Of a stretch of DNA of 64,000 nucleotides, positions 23,491 through 32,867 are shown in pieces (positions within the stretch are counted from its first letter, which is position 1; every line of letters starts with the position of its first letter). The notes beneath the pieces were generated by a model. The model made no database searches. It saw nothing but the letters and a program-made list of their open reading frames with translations, and was not told where the DNA came from. The translations under genes and the position numbers were made by a program. Where the stretch lies: contig JACZJK010000025.1 of the NCBI GenBank assembly GCA_014860575.1, forward strand, positions 1,692 to 65,691, written 5' to 3'. The stretch comes from Bacteroidales bacterium. Its GTDB lineage: Bacteria > Bacteroidota > Bacteroidia > Bacteroidales > JAAYJT01.

Positions 23491-24585
23491 TTAATTGATT
23501 TGAACCGGCCCTGAACCGATCCGATCGTGAATAACGTAATTGTTCGTGCATAAGGGGGCAAGCTCTTGTTTGATAAAATCCTGAATGTTAGCTTTGTTTT
23601 CATCCGGATAGAGCAGATGAAGGTTGGGGCCTGCATCGAGTGTAAAGGTAATCTTTACACCGTACTGTGATCGGAAAGAAGCTAATTTCTCAATTGCTTT
23701 TAATGTGGCAGGTTGCATAAGGGTAAAGCCGGGATCAGAACTCATCATTAACGCATGCAATGTGAACGCTTCATTTTCAACAACCCGGCTAAAAGAATCC
23801 CAATCGCCTGACATTATTGCTTTTATTATTACTATTAAATGTTCGTTTACTTGCTCGATGCGACCTTTTCTAAAAAAGTGTGTTCCCATTTTCTCATGTC
23901 CGGCCCGGCTTGATACAGGTTTAACTGCCTGATCAATAACAAGAATACTGTCGTTAAGGTTTGAAAATAAAGGATGGGATTTCACAGGTAACGGAATGGC
24001 AGTTAAATTGCCCGATTTAGGCACCTTGATGTACTTGCCCCACAAAACATAATTTCCGTAAACTGAGCGGCTTGCGCTTCCTGATCCAAGCCTGGCAATA
24101 TGAGAGGCTTTTTTATAAAACGCATGAAAATTCATTTTTTTTCCTGTGATTTTTTCCTGAATGCTTAACAGGCAAAGTGCAAGTGCACTCATGGATGACG
24201 CCGAAGATGCAATACCAGCCGAATGCGGAAATGTATTTGTGCTATCAATCTCAAGTGAATACTCATTTAAAAAAGGGAATTCATCAACCAGGTTATTAAG
24301 TAAAACCAAGACCTTTGATTGGAATGCAATATTTTCCTCTCCCTCGAATCTATACTTAAGCTGAACTTTTCTTGATGCTTTATTCTTCTTCACCGCCCGA
24401 ATACTCGTTCGGGTAACTGAAGAATGCAGGGTCATACTCAACGACGGATTGATGGGAATTTGGTTAGCGGTTTTTCCCCAGTATTTTACAAGCGCAATGT
24501 TAGATGGACTTTGCCAACCTGCTTCGAACTCAAATGTTGGTTCGTCCATTGCTGGTATTTTATTTTTCTCGTTATGCCTGCTCAT
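23491..24585 (-). CDS. mvaD: Diphosphomevalonate decarboxylase family protein
   Basis: 364 aa with PSNIALVKYWGK, AGIASSASS and GSGSASRS motifs characteristic of mevalonate diphosphate decarboxylases. Confidence 0.88.
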   Translation of the reverse strand: MSRHNEKNKIPAMDEPTFEFEAGWQSPSNIALVKYWGKTANQIPINPSLSMTLHSSVTRTSIRAVKKNKASRKVQLKYRFEGEENIAFQSKVLVLLNNLVDEFPFLNEYSLEIDSTNTFPHSAGIASSASSMSALALCLLSIQEKITGKKMNFHAFYKKASHIARLGSGSASRSVYGNYVLWGKYIKVPKSGNLTAIPLPVKSHPLFSNLNDSILVIDQAVKPVSSRAGHEKMGTHFFRKGRIEQVNEHLIVIIKAIMSGDWDSFSRVVENEAFTLHALMMSSDPGFTLMQPATLKAIEKLASFRSQYGVKITFTLDAGPNLHLLYPDENKANIQDFIKQELAPLCTNNYVIHDRIGSGPVQIN

Positions 24586-25510
24586 CGGTTTTGTATATCA
24601 TTTCATTATAGCCAAAGTAGACACCAAGGTTTTTCGTGGCAAGATACATTTTAAGTTCTTCCGATTCATGAGGCCACAATGCCATTGCAAAATCACCACC
24701 CCAGGCTCCCAGAGATTTTATCTCGCCGTCAAAATCGTTGAAATTGGTTTCTTTGAGTGATGGCCTCCCCAATACTGAAGTCAGTATCTCTTCATGATCG
24801 CGCATCAGCTTGCCAAACTCTTCATAGTTGTTGCTGGATGCCATTTTCCTGCTGATGTCACTGATTTGTTTAACCTCAACTATGAAGTCACGCTTATCAT
24901 TCTTAAATAATTTCACATCGGCTTGAGAGTCTTTCTTTTTGCCGAGGTAAATAAAATACAGGTTCTTAAGAAATTTCGGTTGGAACTCAACGGTAATAAT
25001 CTTCTTGGTGCCATTTGAGTTTTCGTATAAGATAGGTTTGTTTAATCGCGCACAAGCAATATCATAGCCTGAGCCATTTGAAACCTTTTCATGAAGCATA
25101 AAAGGATCAATACCAGCCCAATAAGCAATATTGGAAATGAGGGAAGAACTTGATCCAAGACCCCATTCCATGTTGAAATCAATTCTGCAATCAACCTGCA
25201 ATCCGCCAGAACCATTTAAAAAATCTAGGTTCACACCTTGGGCGGCAAGAAGAACTTCATGTACAAATGCAGCAGATTTACTGTTATTATGGTTTGCGAT
25301 CCCAAGCCCTGGCAATTCATATTCAGCCTTGAACCAGGAATTTTCCTCAACATACGTCTCCCACCTTAACACGCTTTCAGCATCAGACTCCAGCACTTCC
25401 AGGCTTTGACCGAAACGGACCGGAATAGCAAAGGCAACCGCACCATGCATCACCAGGTACTCACCTGAAATCAATAATTTACCGTTCGATTTGTAATAAT
25501 GGGGAGCCAC
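24572..25510 (-). CDS. GYDIA-family GHMP kinase
   Basis: 312 aa with GKLLISGEYLVMHGA, GHMP motif EWGLGSSSSLISNIA and the literal GYDIA signature (SNGSGYDIACA). Its 3' end (stop codon at 24572) overlaps the mvaD start (24585) by 14 nt. Confidence 0.8.
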   Translation of the reverse strand: MAPHYYKSNGKLLISGEYLVMHGAVAFAIPVRFGQSLEVLESDAESVLRWETYVEENSWFKAEYELPGLGIANHNNSKSAAFVHEVLLAAQGVNLDFLNGSGGLQVDCRIDFNMEWGLGSSSSLISNIAYWAGIDPFMLHEKVSNGSGYDIACARLNKPILYENSNGTKKIITVEFQPKFLKNLYFIYLGKKKDSQADVKLFKNDKRDFIVEVKQISDISRKMASSNNYEEFGKLMRDHEEILTSVLGRPSLKETNFNDFDGEIKSLGAWGGDFAMALWPHESEELKMYLATKNLGVYFGYNEMIYKTDEQA

Positions 25511-25512
25511 GT

Positions 25513-26847
25513 TTAGTTACCTTTTATTTTTTTGAACCTTATTTGATTAAGGAAGTTTGAAACATTAAGGTTCGATACAAGATTTGTTTTAAAATATTCA
25601 ACTGCCAGTTTTTTTTCAGTCTCTGAAGCTTTAAAGGTATTCAGTATGTTAAGCAAATGCATTTTCATATGACCCTTTTGAATGCCTTTGGTCACCAGCG
25701 ACTTTAATGCACTGAAATTGTTCGCAAGACCAACAGCAGAGGCAATCATCATAAGTTTTTCTGCTGATGGGTTTCCCATCAATTCAAGTGAGAATCTTGC
25801 CAATGGATGCAAGTGGGTCAAACCACCAACGCTTCCTAGGGCCAGCGGAATAGAAAGTTTATATTTGAAAATATTGTTTTTCACTTCAACCTCGGTTAAG
25901 CCTTTATACCTGCCGGTGCGGGAAGCATAAGCATGCCCGCAGGCTTCAACGGCACGGAAATCATTACCAGTAGCAAGGGCTACTGCATCAATTCCATTAA
26001 AGATACCTTTGTTATGGGTCGCGGCCCTGAATACATCAACATGCGAAATCTCAACAGCTTTAATGAACTTCTTAACAAATTCTTCAGGATCAGTGGCATC
26101 ATCAATGCCTTTAAGTTCTTCAACAGGGCACTCGACCCATGTTTCAACGAGGCATTCAGGTGTATAATTTGATAATATTGACATGATCACCTGGCATTCG
26201 TAGCCTCCTAATTTGGGATTCATATCCAGGTTTGTTTTCAGAACCTCAGCAAATTCTTCAAGGCAGGTATTTATAAAATTTGCCCCCATGGCATCACGGG
26301 TATCAAACGAAGCAACAATCTGATAGTAGCCTGAAATCTCATGACGCTTATTGAGCAGTTCAATATCCAAAATACCACCGCCCCGTTTCTCCATGTTTGC
26401 AGTAATGGTCCTTGTTCGACCAAGCATTAATGAGCGTAGCTCATGGAAGTATGCATTTAATAAATCGTGATCACCTTCCCAGATGAAATGCACCTGACCA
26501 ACTTTTGTTGTTGAAATTACCTTGCTGTGAAATCCACCTCTCTCGATCCAGAAACGGGCGCTGTTGGCGGCTGCTGCAACTACCGAACTCTCTTCAATAA
26601 CCATCGGAACCATCAGTACTTCACCGTTGATCATAACATTGGGTGAAACACCATAGGGGAAAAAATAATTTGAAATGGTATTTTCACTAAACTCATCAAG
26701 AAGTTTTTGAACACCTGAATCTGCATGCCAGAACGACTTAAGCAAACTTACCCCCGCTTGCGGTTCCTGAAGAAAAGATGCGATCCTCTCAATCTTGTTT
26801 TCTTTACTTAATTTTGAAAACCCTTTGATTGTATCATTCTTTTTCAT
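25513..26847 (-). CDS. mvaA: Hydroxymethylglutaryl-CoA reductase (class II-like)
   Basis: 444 aa with the RDAMGANFIN motif, a GNDFRAVEA region and HMGR-like length. Its stop lies 2 nt from the next gene's start. Confidence 0.88.
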   Translation of the reverse strand: MKKNDTIKGFSKLSKENKIERIASFLQEPQAGVSLLKSFWHADSGVQKLLDEFSENTISNYFFPYGVSPNVMINGEVLMVPMVIEESSVVAAAANSARFWIERGGFHSKVISTTKVGQVHFIWEGDHDLLNAYFHELRSLMLGRTRTITANMEKRGGGILDIELLNKRHEISGYYQIVASFDTRDAMGANFINTCLEEFAEVLKTNLDMNPKLGGYECQVIMSILSNYTPECLVETWVECPVEELKGIDDATDPEEFVKKFIKAVEISHVDVFRAATHNKGIFNGIDAVALATGNDFRAVEACGHAYASRTGRYKGLTEVEVKNNIFKYKLSIPLALGSVGGLTHLHPLARFSLELMGNPSAEKLMMIASAVGLANNFSALKSLVTKGIQKGHMKMHLLNILNTFKASETEKKLAVEYFKTNLVSNLNVSNFLNQIRFKKIKGN

Positions 26848-26885
26848 GTTACTGTTATAAATTCACAAAAAGACCTTAAAGTGTT

Positions 26886-27446
26886 TTACCACTCTTCCTC
26901 TTTTAATATTACTTCTGGTTGCATTGCCGTTTTCAAACTTTCCACAAGGCTTATTGCAAAAACATCAACCTGACTCAGATAGTTATCCCAGTTCTGATTA
27001 TATGCCTGATCGCTTTTGTCAAGCCAACGTTCTACAGGAAACCGGGAAGCTTGCCGCAAAACGAAATTGTCCATTGAGTACCTGAACCGTCCATCACGCA
27101 ATTCAATTTTCAAAGAATATAAGATAGTGCCTGCATCGGCTTGGACACCCCCTTCCACTTCGTTGGTGATCTTAAAACGGTGAACTATTTCAATTATGCC
27201 GCTTTCAGGACTTCTTACCTTTGTTGCTTCTGTTGGGTTCACATAAAACTGGTTAACCCAGCCAACGGCCCTGTTAAATAGTTCCTGTTTGTTGCCTTCT
27301 GTTTGCACTACATCCTGGTACGTGATCAAACCAGTAACACCATCAACAGGGATTTTTGAACTTTGTTCAATGTTTTGCGAATATAGATTAACAAAAGCGA
27401 AAAACAACATTATCATCAATGCCAGGAAATATCTTATTGATTTCAT
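26886..27446 (-). CDS. Secreted DUF4468-like protein
   Basis: 186 aa with a signal peptide ending LYS/Q. The overall pattern (ITYQDVV...ELFNRAVGWVNQ) resembles DUF4468. This assignment is from memory only. Confidence 0.45.
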   Translation of the reverse strand: MKSIRYFLALMIMLFFAFVNLYSQNIEQSSKIPVDGVTGLITYQDVVQTEGNKQELFNRAVGWVNQFYVNPTEATKVRSPESGIIEIVHRFKITNEVEGGVQADAGTILYSLKIELRDGRFRYSMDNFVLRQASRFPVERWLDKSDQAYNQNWDNYLSQVDVFAISLVESLKTAMQPEVILKEEEW

Positions 27447-27548
27447 AATCAGTAAAATTTATATTTAATTATACGAAGTTAGTTAAATTAAGTAAGCCGG
27501 GTATAAAAAACTCAGGAACCGGTAAATAAGCGTGTCAGGCTTCAGATA

Positions 27549-27588
27549 TAAAACAGCAACAGCCGTTTTGCTGACAAAACGGCTGTTG
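27549..27588 (-). terminator. Intrinsic terminator of groEL
   Basis: CAACAGCCGTTTT / AAAACGGCTGTTG 13-bp stem with a 6-nt loop, followed on the minus strand by TGTTTTAT. It lies 24 nt after the groEL stop. Confidence 0.8.
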
Positions 27589-27611
27589 GAGATAAGGTAA
27601 ACAGGAATTGA

Positions 27612-29249
27612 TTAGTACATTCCGCCCATACCACCCATTCCGGGATTTGGCATGGCAGGCGTGTCTTTATCTTCTTTAATATCAGCTACAACGCATTCAG
27701 TTGTAAGCAGCATTCCTGCAATAGAAGCGGCATTTTCAAGCGCAACACGGGTAACTTTGGTTGGATCAATAACACCGGCTTCATAAAGGTTTTCGTACAC
27801 ATCGGTCCTGGCATTGAAGCCATAATCACCTAAGCCTTCCTTTACTTTTTGAACTACAACTGATCCTTCCATGCCTGCGTTTTCTACGATCTGGCGCAAT
27901 GGTTCTTCAAGGGCTCTTTTCACGATCTGAACGCCTGTTTCTTCGTCTTCATTTTCGCAATCTACTGAACCAAGCGCATCAATCGAACGAATGTAAGCAA
28001 TACCGCCACCTGGCACTATGCCTTCTTCAATAGCGGCACGTGTTGCATGTAAAGCATCGTCGAAGCGGTCTTTCTTCTCTTTCATTTCCACTTCACTGGC
28101 AGCGCCTACATAAATCACGGCAACACCACCGGCAAGTTTTGCGAGGCGTTCCTGTAGTTTTTCGCGGTCGTAATCGGAAGTGGTGGTTTCCATTTGTGCT
28201 TTAATCTGTTTGATCCGGCCTTCAATATCCGACTTCTGTCCTTTGCCACTGACAATGGTTGTGTTGTCTTTATCAACACTTACTTTTTCTGCCTGACCCA
28301 AATAGCTGAGGGTTGCATCTTCAAGTTTGTAGCCTTTTTCCTCTGAAATAACTGTACCGCCGGTGAGGATGGCAATATCTTCCAGCATTTCTTTTCGGCG
28401 ATCACCAAAACCAGGAGCTTTAACGGCAACGATTTTCAACGAACCGCGGATCTTATTTACAACAAGGGTTGCCAGCGCTTCGCCATCAACATCTTCGGAG
28501 ATAATAACCATCGGACGGCCTGACTGTGCAACTTTTTCCAACACAGGAAGCATGTCTTTCATGACACTGATTTTTTTATCATGGATCAGGATATAAGGGT
28601 TCTCATAAACTGCTTCCATTTTTTCAGCATCGGTAATAAAGTATGGAGAAATATAACCACGGTCAAACTGCATACCTTCAACAACCTTCACAGTTGTTTC
28701 AATGCCTTTGGCTTCTTCAATTGTGATCACACCTTCTTTTTTAACCTTTCCCATAGCTTCGGCAATCAGTTTGCCAATGTGGGCATCATTATTGGCCGAA
28801 ACAGAAGCAACCTGTTCAATTTTTTCAAAACTGTCACCAATTTCCTTTGATTGTTTTTTCAGGTTTTCAATCACCTTGATAACAGCCTTGTCAATGCCTC
28901 TTTTCAGATCCATTGGATTTGCGCCGGCGGCTACATTTTTCAAGCCCGCTGTTACAATTGCCTGGGCAAGAACCGTTGCAGTGGTAGTGCCGTCACCGGC
29001 TACATCTGCAGTTTTTGAGGCAACTTCTTTAAGCATTTGTGCGCCCATATTTTCAATGGGATCCTTGAGTTCAATTTCTTTTGCAACAGTAACACCATCC
29101 TTCGTAATCATTGGTGCGCCATAGGATTTATCAATAATTACATTGCGGCCTTTGGGTCCCAATGTTACTTTCACTGCATTTGATAATGCGTCAACGCCCT
29201 TTTTAAGCTGATCGCGGGCTTCAAGATTGAATATTATTTTTTTAGCCAT
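27612..29249 (-). CDS. groL: Chaperonin GroEL
   Basis: 545 aa, [12 protein letters not shown]...[11 protein letters not shown], with the C-terminal GMGGMGGMY tail. Confidence 0.98.
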   Translation of the reverse strand: MAKKIIFNLEARDQLKKGVDALSNAVKVTLGPKGRNVIIDKSYGAPMITKDGVTVAKEIELKDPIENMGAQMLKEVASKTADVAGDGTTTATVLAQAIVTAGLKNVAAGANPMDLKRGIDKAVIKVIENLKKQSKEIGDSFEKIEQVASVSANNDAHIGKLIAEAMGKVKKEGVITIEEAKGIETTVKVVEGMQFDRGYISPYFITDAEKMEAVYENPYILIHDKKISVMKDMLPVLEKVAQSGRPMVIISEDVDGEALATLVVNKIRGSLKIVAVKAPGFGDRRKEMLEDIAILTGGTVISEEKGYKLEDATLSYLGQAEKVSVDKDNTTIVSGKGQKSDIEGRIKQIKAQMETTTSDYDREKLQERLAKLAGGVAVIYVGAASEVEMKEKKDRFDDALHATRAAIEEGIVPGGGIAYIRSIDALGSVDCENEDEETGVQIVKRALEEPLRQIVENAGMEGSVVVQKVKEGLGDYGFNARTDVYENLYEAGVIDPTKVTRVALENAASIAGMLLTTECVVADIKEDKDTPAMPNPGMGGMGGMY

Positions 29250-29284
29250 TGTTATATTTTTTTAAGATTAAACTGAATTTTAAA

Positions 29285-29575
29285 TTAGATAACAGCGAGA
29301 ATGTCCGATTCGCGCATGATCAGGTAATCAGAACCCTCCACATTGATCTCAGTTCCTGAATATTTTCCGTACAATACTTTATCGCCTGGTTTTACTGAAG
29401 GTTTGTTACCTTTCTCATCCAGCTCGCTAACAGATATTACTGTTCCTCTTTGTGGTTTTTCTTTTGCGGTATCGGGAATAATGATACCACTTTTGGTTTT
29501 TTCCTCAGCTGGAGCAGGTTCTATAACGACGCGATTCTGCGTTCCTGCAATTGGTTTAATGTTCAAACTTGCCAT
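29285..29575 (-). CDS. groES: Co-chaperonin GroES
   Basis: 96 aa, 35 nt upstream of groEL, with the mobile loop [19 protein letters not shown]. Confidence 0.97.
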   Translation of the reverse strand: MASLNIKPIAGTQNRVVIEPAPAEEKTKSGIIIPDTAKEKPQRGTVISVSELDEKGNKPSVKPGDKVLYGKYSGTEINVEGSDYLIMRESDILAVI

Positions 29576-29766
29576 TTTTAATTGATTTTTATGTTAGACA
29601 TACAATAACTTCATGTGGATTTTTTCCTGAGCGCCTCACTGACATAATTTGTGCCAAAGAAGGATATAGTATTCGGTGCGTATCAGTAATTAATGAGCAA
29701 CAGTGTCTGTAAATCTATACCGTTCAATAATTTAACTCCGAATATTAAGTTCTAATCAGCAATTGC

Positions 29767-29774
29767 CAAAATTA
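29767..29774 (-). promoter_or_regulatory. Candidate -7 promoter box (TAATTTTG on the minus strand) for groES-groEL
   Basis: The plus-strand CAAAATTA lies between the secG terminator and groES and implies a ~190-nt leader. Confidence 0.3.
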
Positions 29775-29803
29775 CTAAGTCAGGTAATGATGCCGGTTAT
29801 GGC

Positions 29804-29840
29804 AAAAAAAAATGTCAGAACCAGTGACATTCTGACATTT
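29804..29840 (-). terminator. Intrinsic terminator of secG
   Basis: Perfect 11-bp stem AAATGTCAGAA/TTCTGACATTT with a 9-nt loop, followed on the minus strand by a T6+ run. Confidence 0.85.
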
Positions 29841-29862
29841 GATTAGATTGAGTTAATAGAGC

Positions 29863-30189
29863 TTATTCTTCCGGTGGCATTTGATAATCCTGAACAGGAG
29901 TTGCGGTGCCGGCTTCAATTTGTTGCCTTAATTCAGTATCGGCAACATTAGTGGCCTGATGGCGGGGAATAACAAAAACACTAAAAAGGCTTAAAACCAA
30001 CAGTACAACTGCAAGAGTCCATGTTGATTTTTCGAGGAAATCAGCCGTTTTACGAACACCCATGAATTGGTTCGATGAAGCAAAATTTGAAGCTAATCCA
30101 CCGCCTTTTGAATTCTGAACCAGAACGATGAGGGCCAAAAGGGTGCATGTGATTAATATTAACACCGAAATTAAAATATATCCGCCCAT
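29863..30189 (-). CDS. secG: Preprotein translocase subunit SecG
   Basis: 108 aa with two TM helices and the LVQNSKGGGLASNF motif typical of SecG. Confidence 0.85.
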   Translation of the reverse strand: MGGYILISVLILITCTLLALIVLVQNSKGGGLASNFASSNQFMGVRKTADFLEKSTWTLAVVLLVLSLFSVFVIPRHQATNVADTELRQQIEAGTATPVQDYQMPPEE

Positions 30190-30218
30190 GACAAAAATGT
30201 TATTAAATTGATAATGTG

Positions 30219-30881
30219 TTACTTGTGATTGTCTTTTATTTTTTCGATAAGGTTTGCAAAGTAAGTTCTTTTTTCAGGAAAAACCAAACTCAGTTTTTCG
30301 TAAACTTTTATAGCTTTTTCGGTATGTCCTTGTTTGAGGAAAATTTTTGCCAGTGTTTCGCTCACAATTGTTTCATTGTCAACAGCGCTTTGGCGGGCAT
30401 AATTCACCGGGTTAAAAAAATCCTTCTGGGGCCTTGAAATATGCGGTTTCGCATGAATGAAACGGTCAACGATTTCATCTTTCGACAAAATCTCTTGTCT
30501 AGGTTTTTCTTCACCCTCAAGGTTGGTTGTTACTAGTGGTTCGTCAGTATCTGGAGCTTGAGCTGTGCCGGACCAATCCGACCCCACAGGCAGTACTTCA
30601 AACTCTTCTTCAATATCTACGCGGTCTGATACAAAGTTATCAGCTTTGGGTTCGGCATGCAAAACACTTTTTAATATTGCCCGGTTTCCGGCATAAGCGG
30701 CTGCCACCCGAAGTTGAGAACTGTAAGAAATGTGTTTCAGGTTCTTAAGATTGCGGGCATATAATACATGAACCGACTGGCAATAAGGATATTCTGCCAG
30801 GATGTTTTTCAGCAATTCTGTTGCCGAGGCATCAAGTAAAGCGGGATTATCAATATATGCTTCAAAATCCTGGAGATTCAT
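30219..30881 (-). CDS. Hypothetical protein (C-terminal TPR-like helix pair)
   Basis: 220 aa with an acidic, low-complexity middle and the C-terminus LAKIFLKQGHTEKAIKVYEKLSLVFPEK. Tightly packed between the lptE-like gene and secG. Confidence 0.5.
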   Translation of the reverse strand: MNLQDFEAYIDNPALLDASATELLKNILAEYPYCQSVHVLYARNLKNLKHISYSSQLRVAAAYAGNRAILKSVLHAEPKADNFVSDRVDIEEEFEVLPVGSDWSGTAQAPDTDEPLVTTNLEGEEKPRQEILSKDEIVDRFIHAKPHISRPQKDFFNPVNYARQSAVDNETIVSETLAKIFLKQGHTEKAIKVYEKLSLVFPEKRTYFANLIEKIKDNHK

Positions 30882-30885
30882 ATGC

Positions 30886-31401
30886 CTACCAGTTTACCAC
30901 AGATCGGTTAAATATGTCCTGCACAAGGGCTTCAATTATCTCACCCATCAATGTTTCTTCTACGGATGATAGTGGCAGGGAACTGTCATAATCTTTAAAT
31001 TGCGAAAAAGTAGTCTCAAAATTCTGCTTTTCATCTACACGGTTTGTGAAAACAACCTTTACTGCAATAGTTAGCCGGTTCATCGCGGCAGTTTGGTCGC
31101 CGGTGATAGCTACCGGTTGTGTGCGGTAATCAGTGATAGAGCCTTCAAATGCAAGATCCCCGTTTATAGGAACCTGGCTCAGATTGGTCTGTGAGGAGAA
31201 TTTGTCACTCAATGCATCAGTGAGCAGCTGGCTGAGTACGGGTTGAACAAGGGGTGCGTTGTTTGGAAACTGCTGGATTGAAATCGTTTTGGCTTCGGGT
31301 GGAATTGAAGCGCCTGTAAACGAATATACGCCACAGCCCGAAGTTAGGGCCAGAAAGAAGACTAACAGATAATAAACTGCAAGTTTATTCATTGAGGTCA
31401 T
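30886..31401 (-). CDS. LptE-like LPS-assembly lipoprotein
   Basis: Trimmed to the ATG at 31401 (alternative ATG at 31392). Lipobox FFLALTSGC. Size and position match Bacteroidota LptE-family genes. The start overlaps the 3' end of the sigma-54 activator gene. Confidence 0.55.
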   Translation of the reverse strand: MTSMNKLAVYYLLVFFLALTSGCGVYSFTGASIPPEAKTISIQQFPNNAPLVQPVLSQLLTDALSDKFSSQTNLSQVPINGDLAFEGSITDYRTQPVAITGDQTAAMNRLTIAVKVVFTNRVDEKQNFETTFSQFKDYDSSLPLSSVEETLMGEIIEALVQDIFNRSVVNW

Positions 31402-32614
31402 ATTCCTTGATTTTTCTATACAATGTCCTTTCCGAAATACCAAGCGCCCTGGCGGCTGATTTCCTTTTACCTCCATGCTTTTCAAGCGCTTTTACGATAA
31501 ATTCACGTTCTTTTTTCTCAAGCAATAATGATTCTTCGAGCACTTCGGGCTCTTCAAGTGTCTCGTCTTGCGATCCAAAGGATTGATGAATGGAAACATC
31601 ATCCACTTCAGGTGTATGCACTTCGCTATCTTTGAAAAGCCTGTGCATTTTCTGAGGTAGTTCTTTGGCCCAGGTTTCTGTTCTTCCGGTTTCCTGCATG
31701 ATCTCAAAAACCAATTTTTTCAGGTCAGTAATATCTCGACGCATATCGAATAGTACCTTGTATAGCAATTCGCGTTCAGAAAGCTCGCCGGTGATTTGCT
31801 CAGGTCTATAAAGTATTGGCAAATCGCGGTGTTGGCCTTCGGGTAAATATTTTAACAGGGTTTGTGCGCTGATCAGGCGTTTTTCTTCAATAATAGAAAT
31901 CTGTTCCGAAATATTTTTTAACTGACGGATATTACCGTACCATCTGTAGTTAGTCAGAATCTGCTGAGCTTCTTCTTCGAGTTCAATTACAGGCATACGG
32001 TAGCGTTCTGCAAAATCGGTGGCAAATTTTCTGAAAAGGAGCAAAACATCACTTTTCCGATCCCGCAAAGGCGGAATCTGAATTGGAACTGTATTCAGCC
32101 TGTAATAAAGGTCCTGTCTGAATTTGCCTTTTTGCACATAGTCATTCACATCCACATTGGTAGCAGCAACAATTCTCACATCGGTTTTGAGCACCTTTGA
32201 TGATCCTACCTTGATGAACTCACCCGATTCGAGAACCCGCAGCAGCCTTACCTGTGTTGATTGCGGCAATTCAGCAACTTCGTCTAGAAAGATGGTTCCA
32301 CCATTTGCAACTTCAAAATATCCCTTGCGGGCTTCGTGGGCACCGGTAAAAGATCCTTTTTCATGGCCAAACAACTCAGAATCAATGGTTCCTTCGGGAA
32401 TGGCACCGCAGTTCACGGCAATGTAAGGCCCATGTTTACGGGCGCTGAGCTGATGAATAATTTTGGGGAATACTTCCTTGCCTGTTCCACTTTCTCCGCT
32501 CACCAGTACGGAGATATCTGTGGGAGCAACCTGCCTGGCAATGTCAATCGCCCGGTCAAGTGAAGGAGAATGGCCAATGATCCCGAAGCGCAGTTTAATT
32601 GATTGAATATCCAT
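31385..32614 (-). CDS. Sigma-54-dependent transcriptional activator lacking an N-terminal sensory/receiver domain
   Basis: 409 aa. The AAA+ domain starts at about residue 10 (GESGTGKE Walker A, GSFTGA variant of GAFTGA, FLDEV Walker B). An acidic linker follows, then a Fis-type HTH (AARALGISERTLYRKIKEY). Confidence 0.9.
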   Translation of the reverse strand: MDIQSIKLRFGIIGHSPSLDRAIDIARQVAPTDISVLVSGESGTGKEVFPKIIHQLSARKHGPYIAVNCGAIPEGTIDSELFGHEKGSFTGAHEARKGYFEVANGGTIFLDEVAELPQSTQVRLLRVLESGEFIKVGSSKVLKTDVRIVAATNVDVNDYVQKGKFRQDLYYRLNTVPIQIPPLRDRKSDVLLLFRKFATDFAERYRMPVIELEEEAQQILTNYRWYGNIRQLKNISEQISIIEEKRLISAQTLLKYLPEGQHRDLPILYRPEQITGELSERELLYKVLFDMRRDITDLKKLVFEIMQETGRTETWAKELPQKMHRLFKDSEVHTPEVDDVSIHQSFGSQDETLEEPEVLEESLLLEKKEREFIVKALEKHGGKRKSAARALGISERTLYRKIKEYDLNE

Positions 32615-32682
32615 TGAGACCTATGGGATGAATAGTTAGCTTTAAAACCAGTTGATCCGAATATTAACAAACGGAACTTTTG

Positions 32683-32690
32683 CAAAATTA
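32683..32690 (-). promoter_or_regulatory. Candidate -7 promoter box (TAATTTTG on the minus strand) upstream of the sigma-54 activator gene
   Basis: The plus-strand CAAAATTA lies about 70 nt upstream of the ATG at 32614. Confidence 0.3.
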
Positions 32691-32867
32691 GCGTAAAAAG
32701 GTGATTTTTCACAATTGGATATTCATTTACAACAAGCTATATCACCAATAGTGATGATTCGAAAATCCATTTTCCACCTTGTGTTGGTTCGGTGATAATT
32801 GGTACATCTGTTCTTTAATGTATGGACACAAATACCTTTATAATATGGAGAAACTTAGAAAACCGTG

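Noticed and set aside
23481-23636. N-terminal extensions in the ORF track, here for the mevalonate-kinase-like gene. The same occurs at 20702-20830, 31402-31485, 53613-53750, 4512-4637, 47484-47540, 35032-35073, 62145-62195 and 4710-4823.
   Set aside because: The extensions overlap the preceding gene or contain no signal or motif. An internal ATG restores a canonical N-terminus (signal peptide, lipobox, Rossmann GFGRIGR, receiver domain) and sensible gene spacing.
29576-29862. A CIRCE (HrcA) operator or other known heat-shock element upstream of groES.
   Set aside because: No sequence resembling TTAGCACTC-N9-GAGTGCTAA is present, and I saw no convincing inverted repeat in the leader. Only a possible distal -7 box and the secG terminator could be supported.
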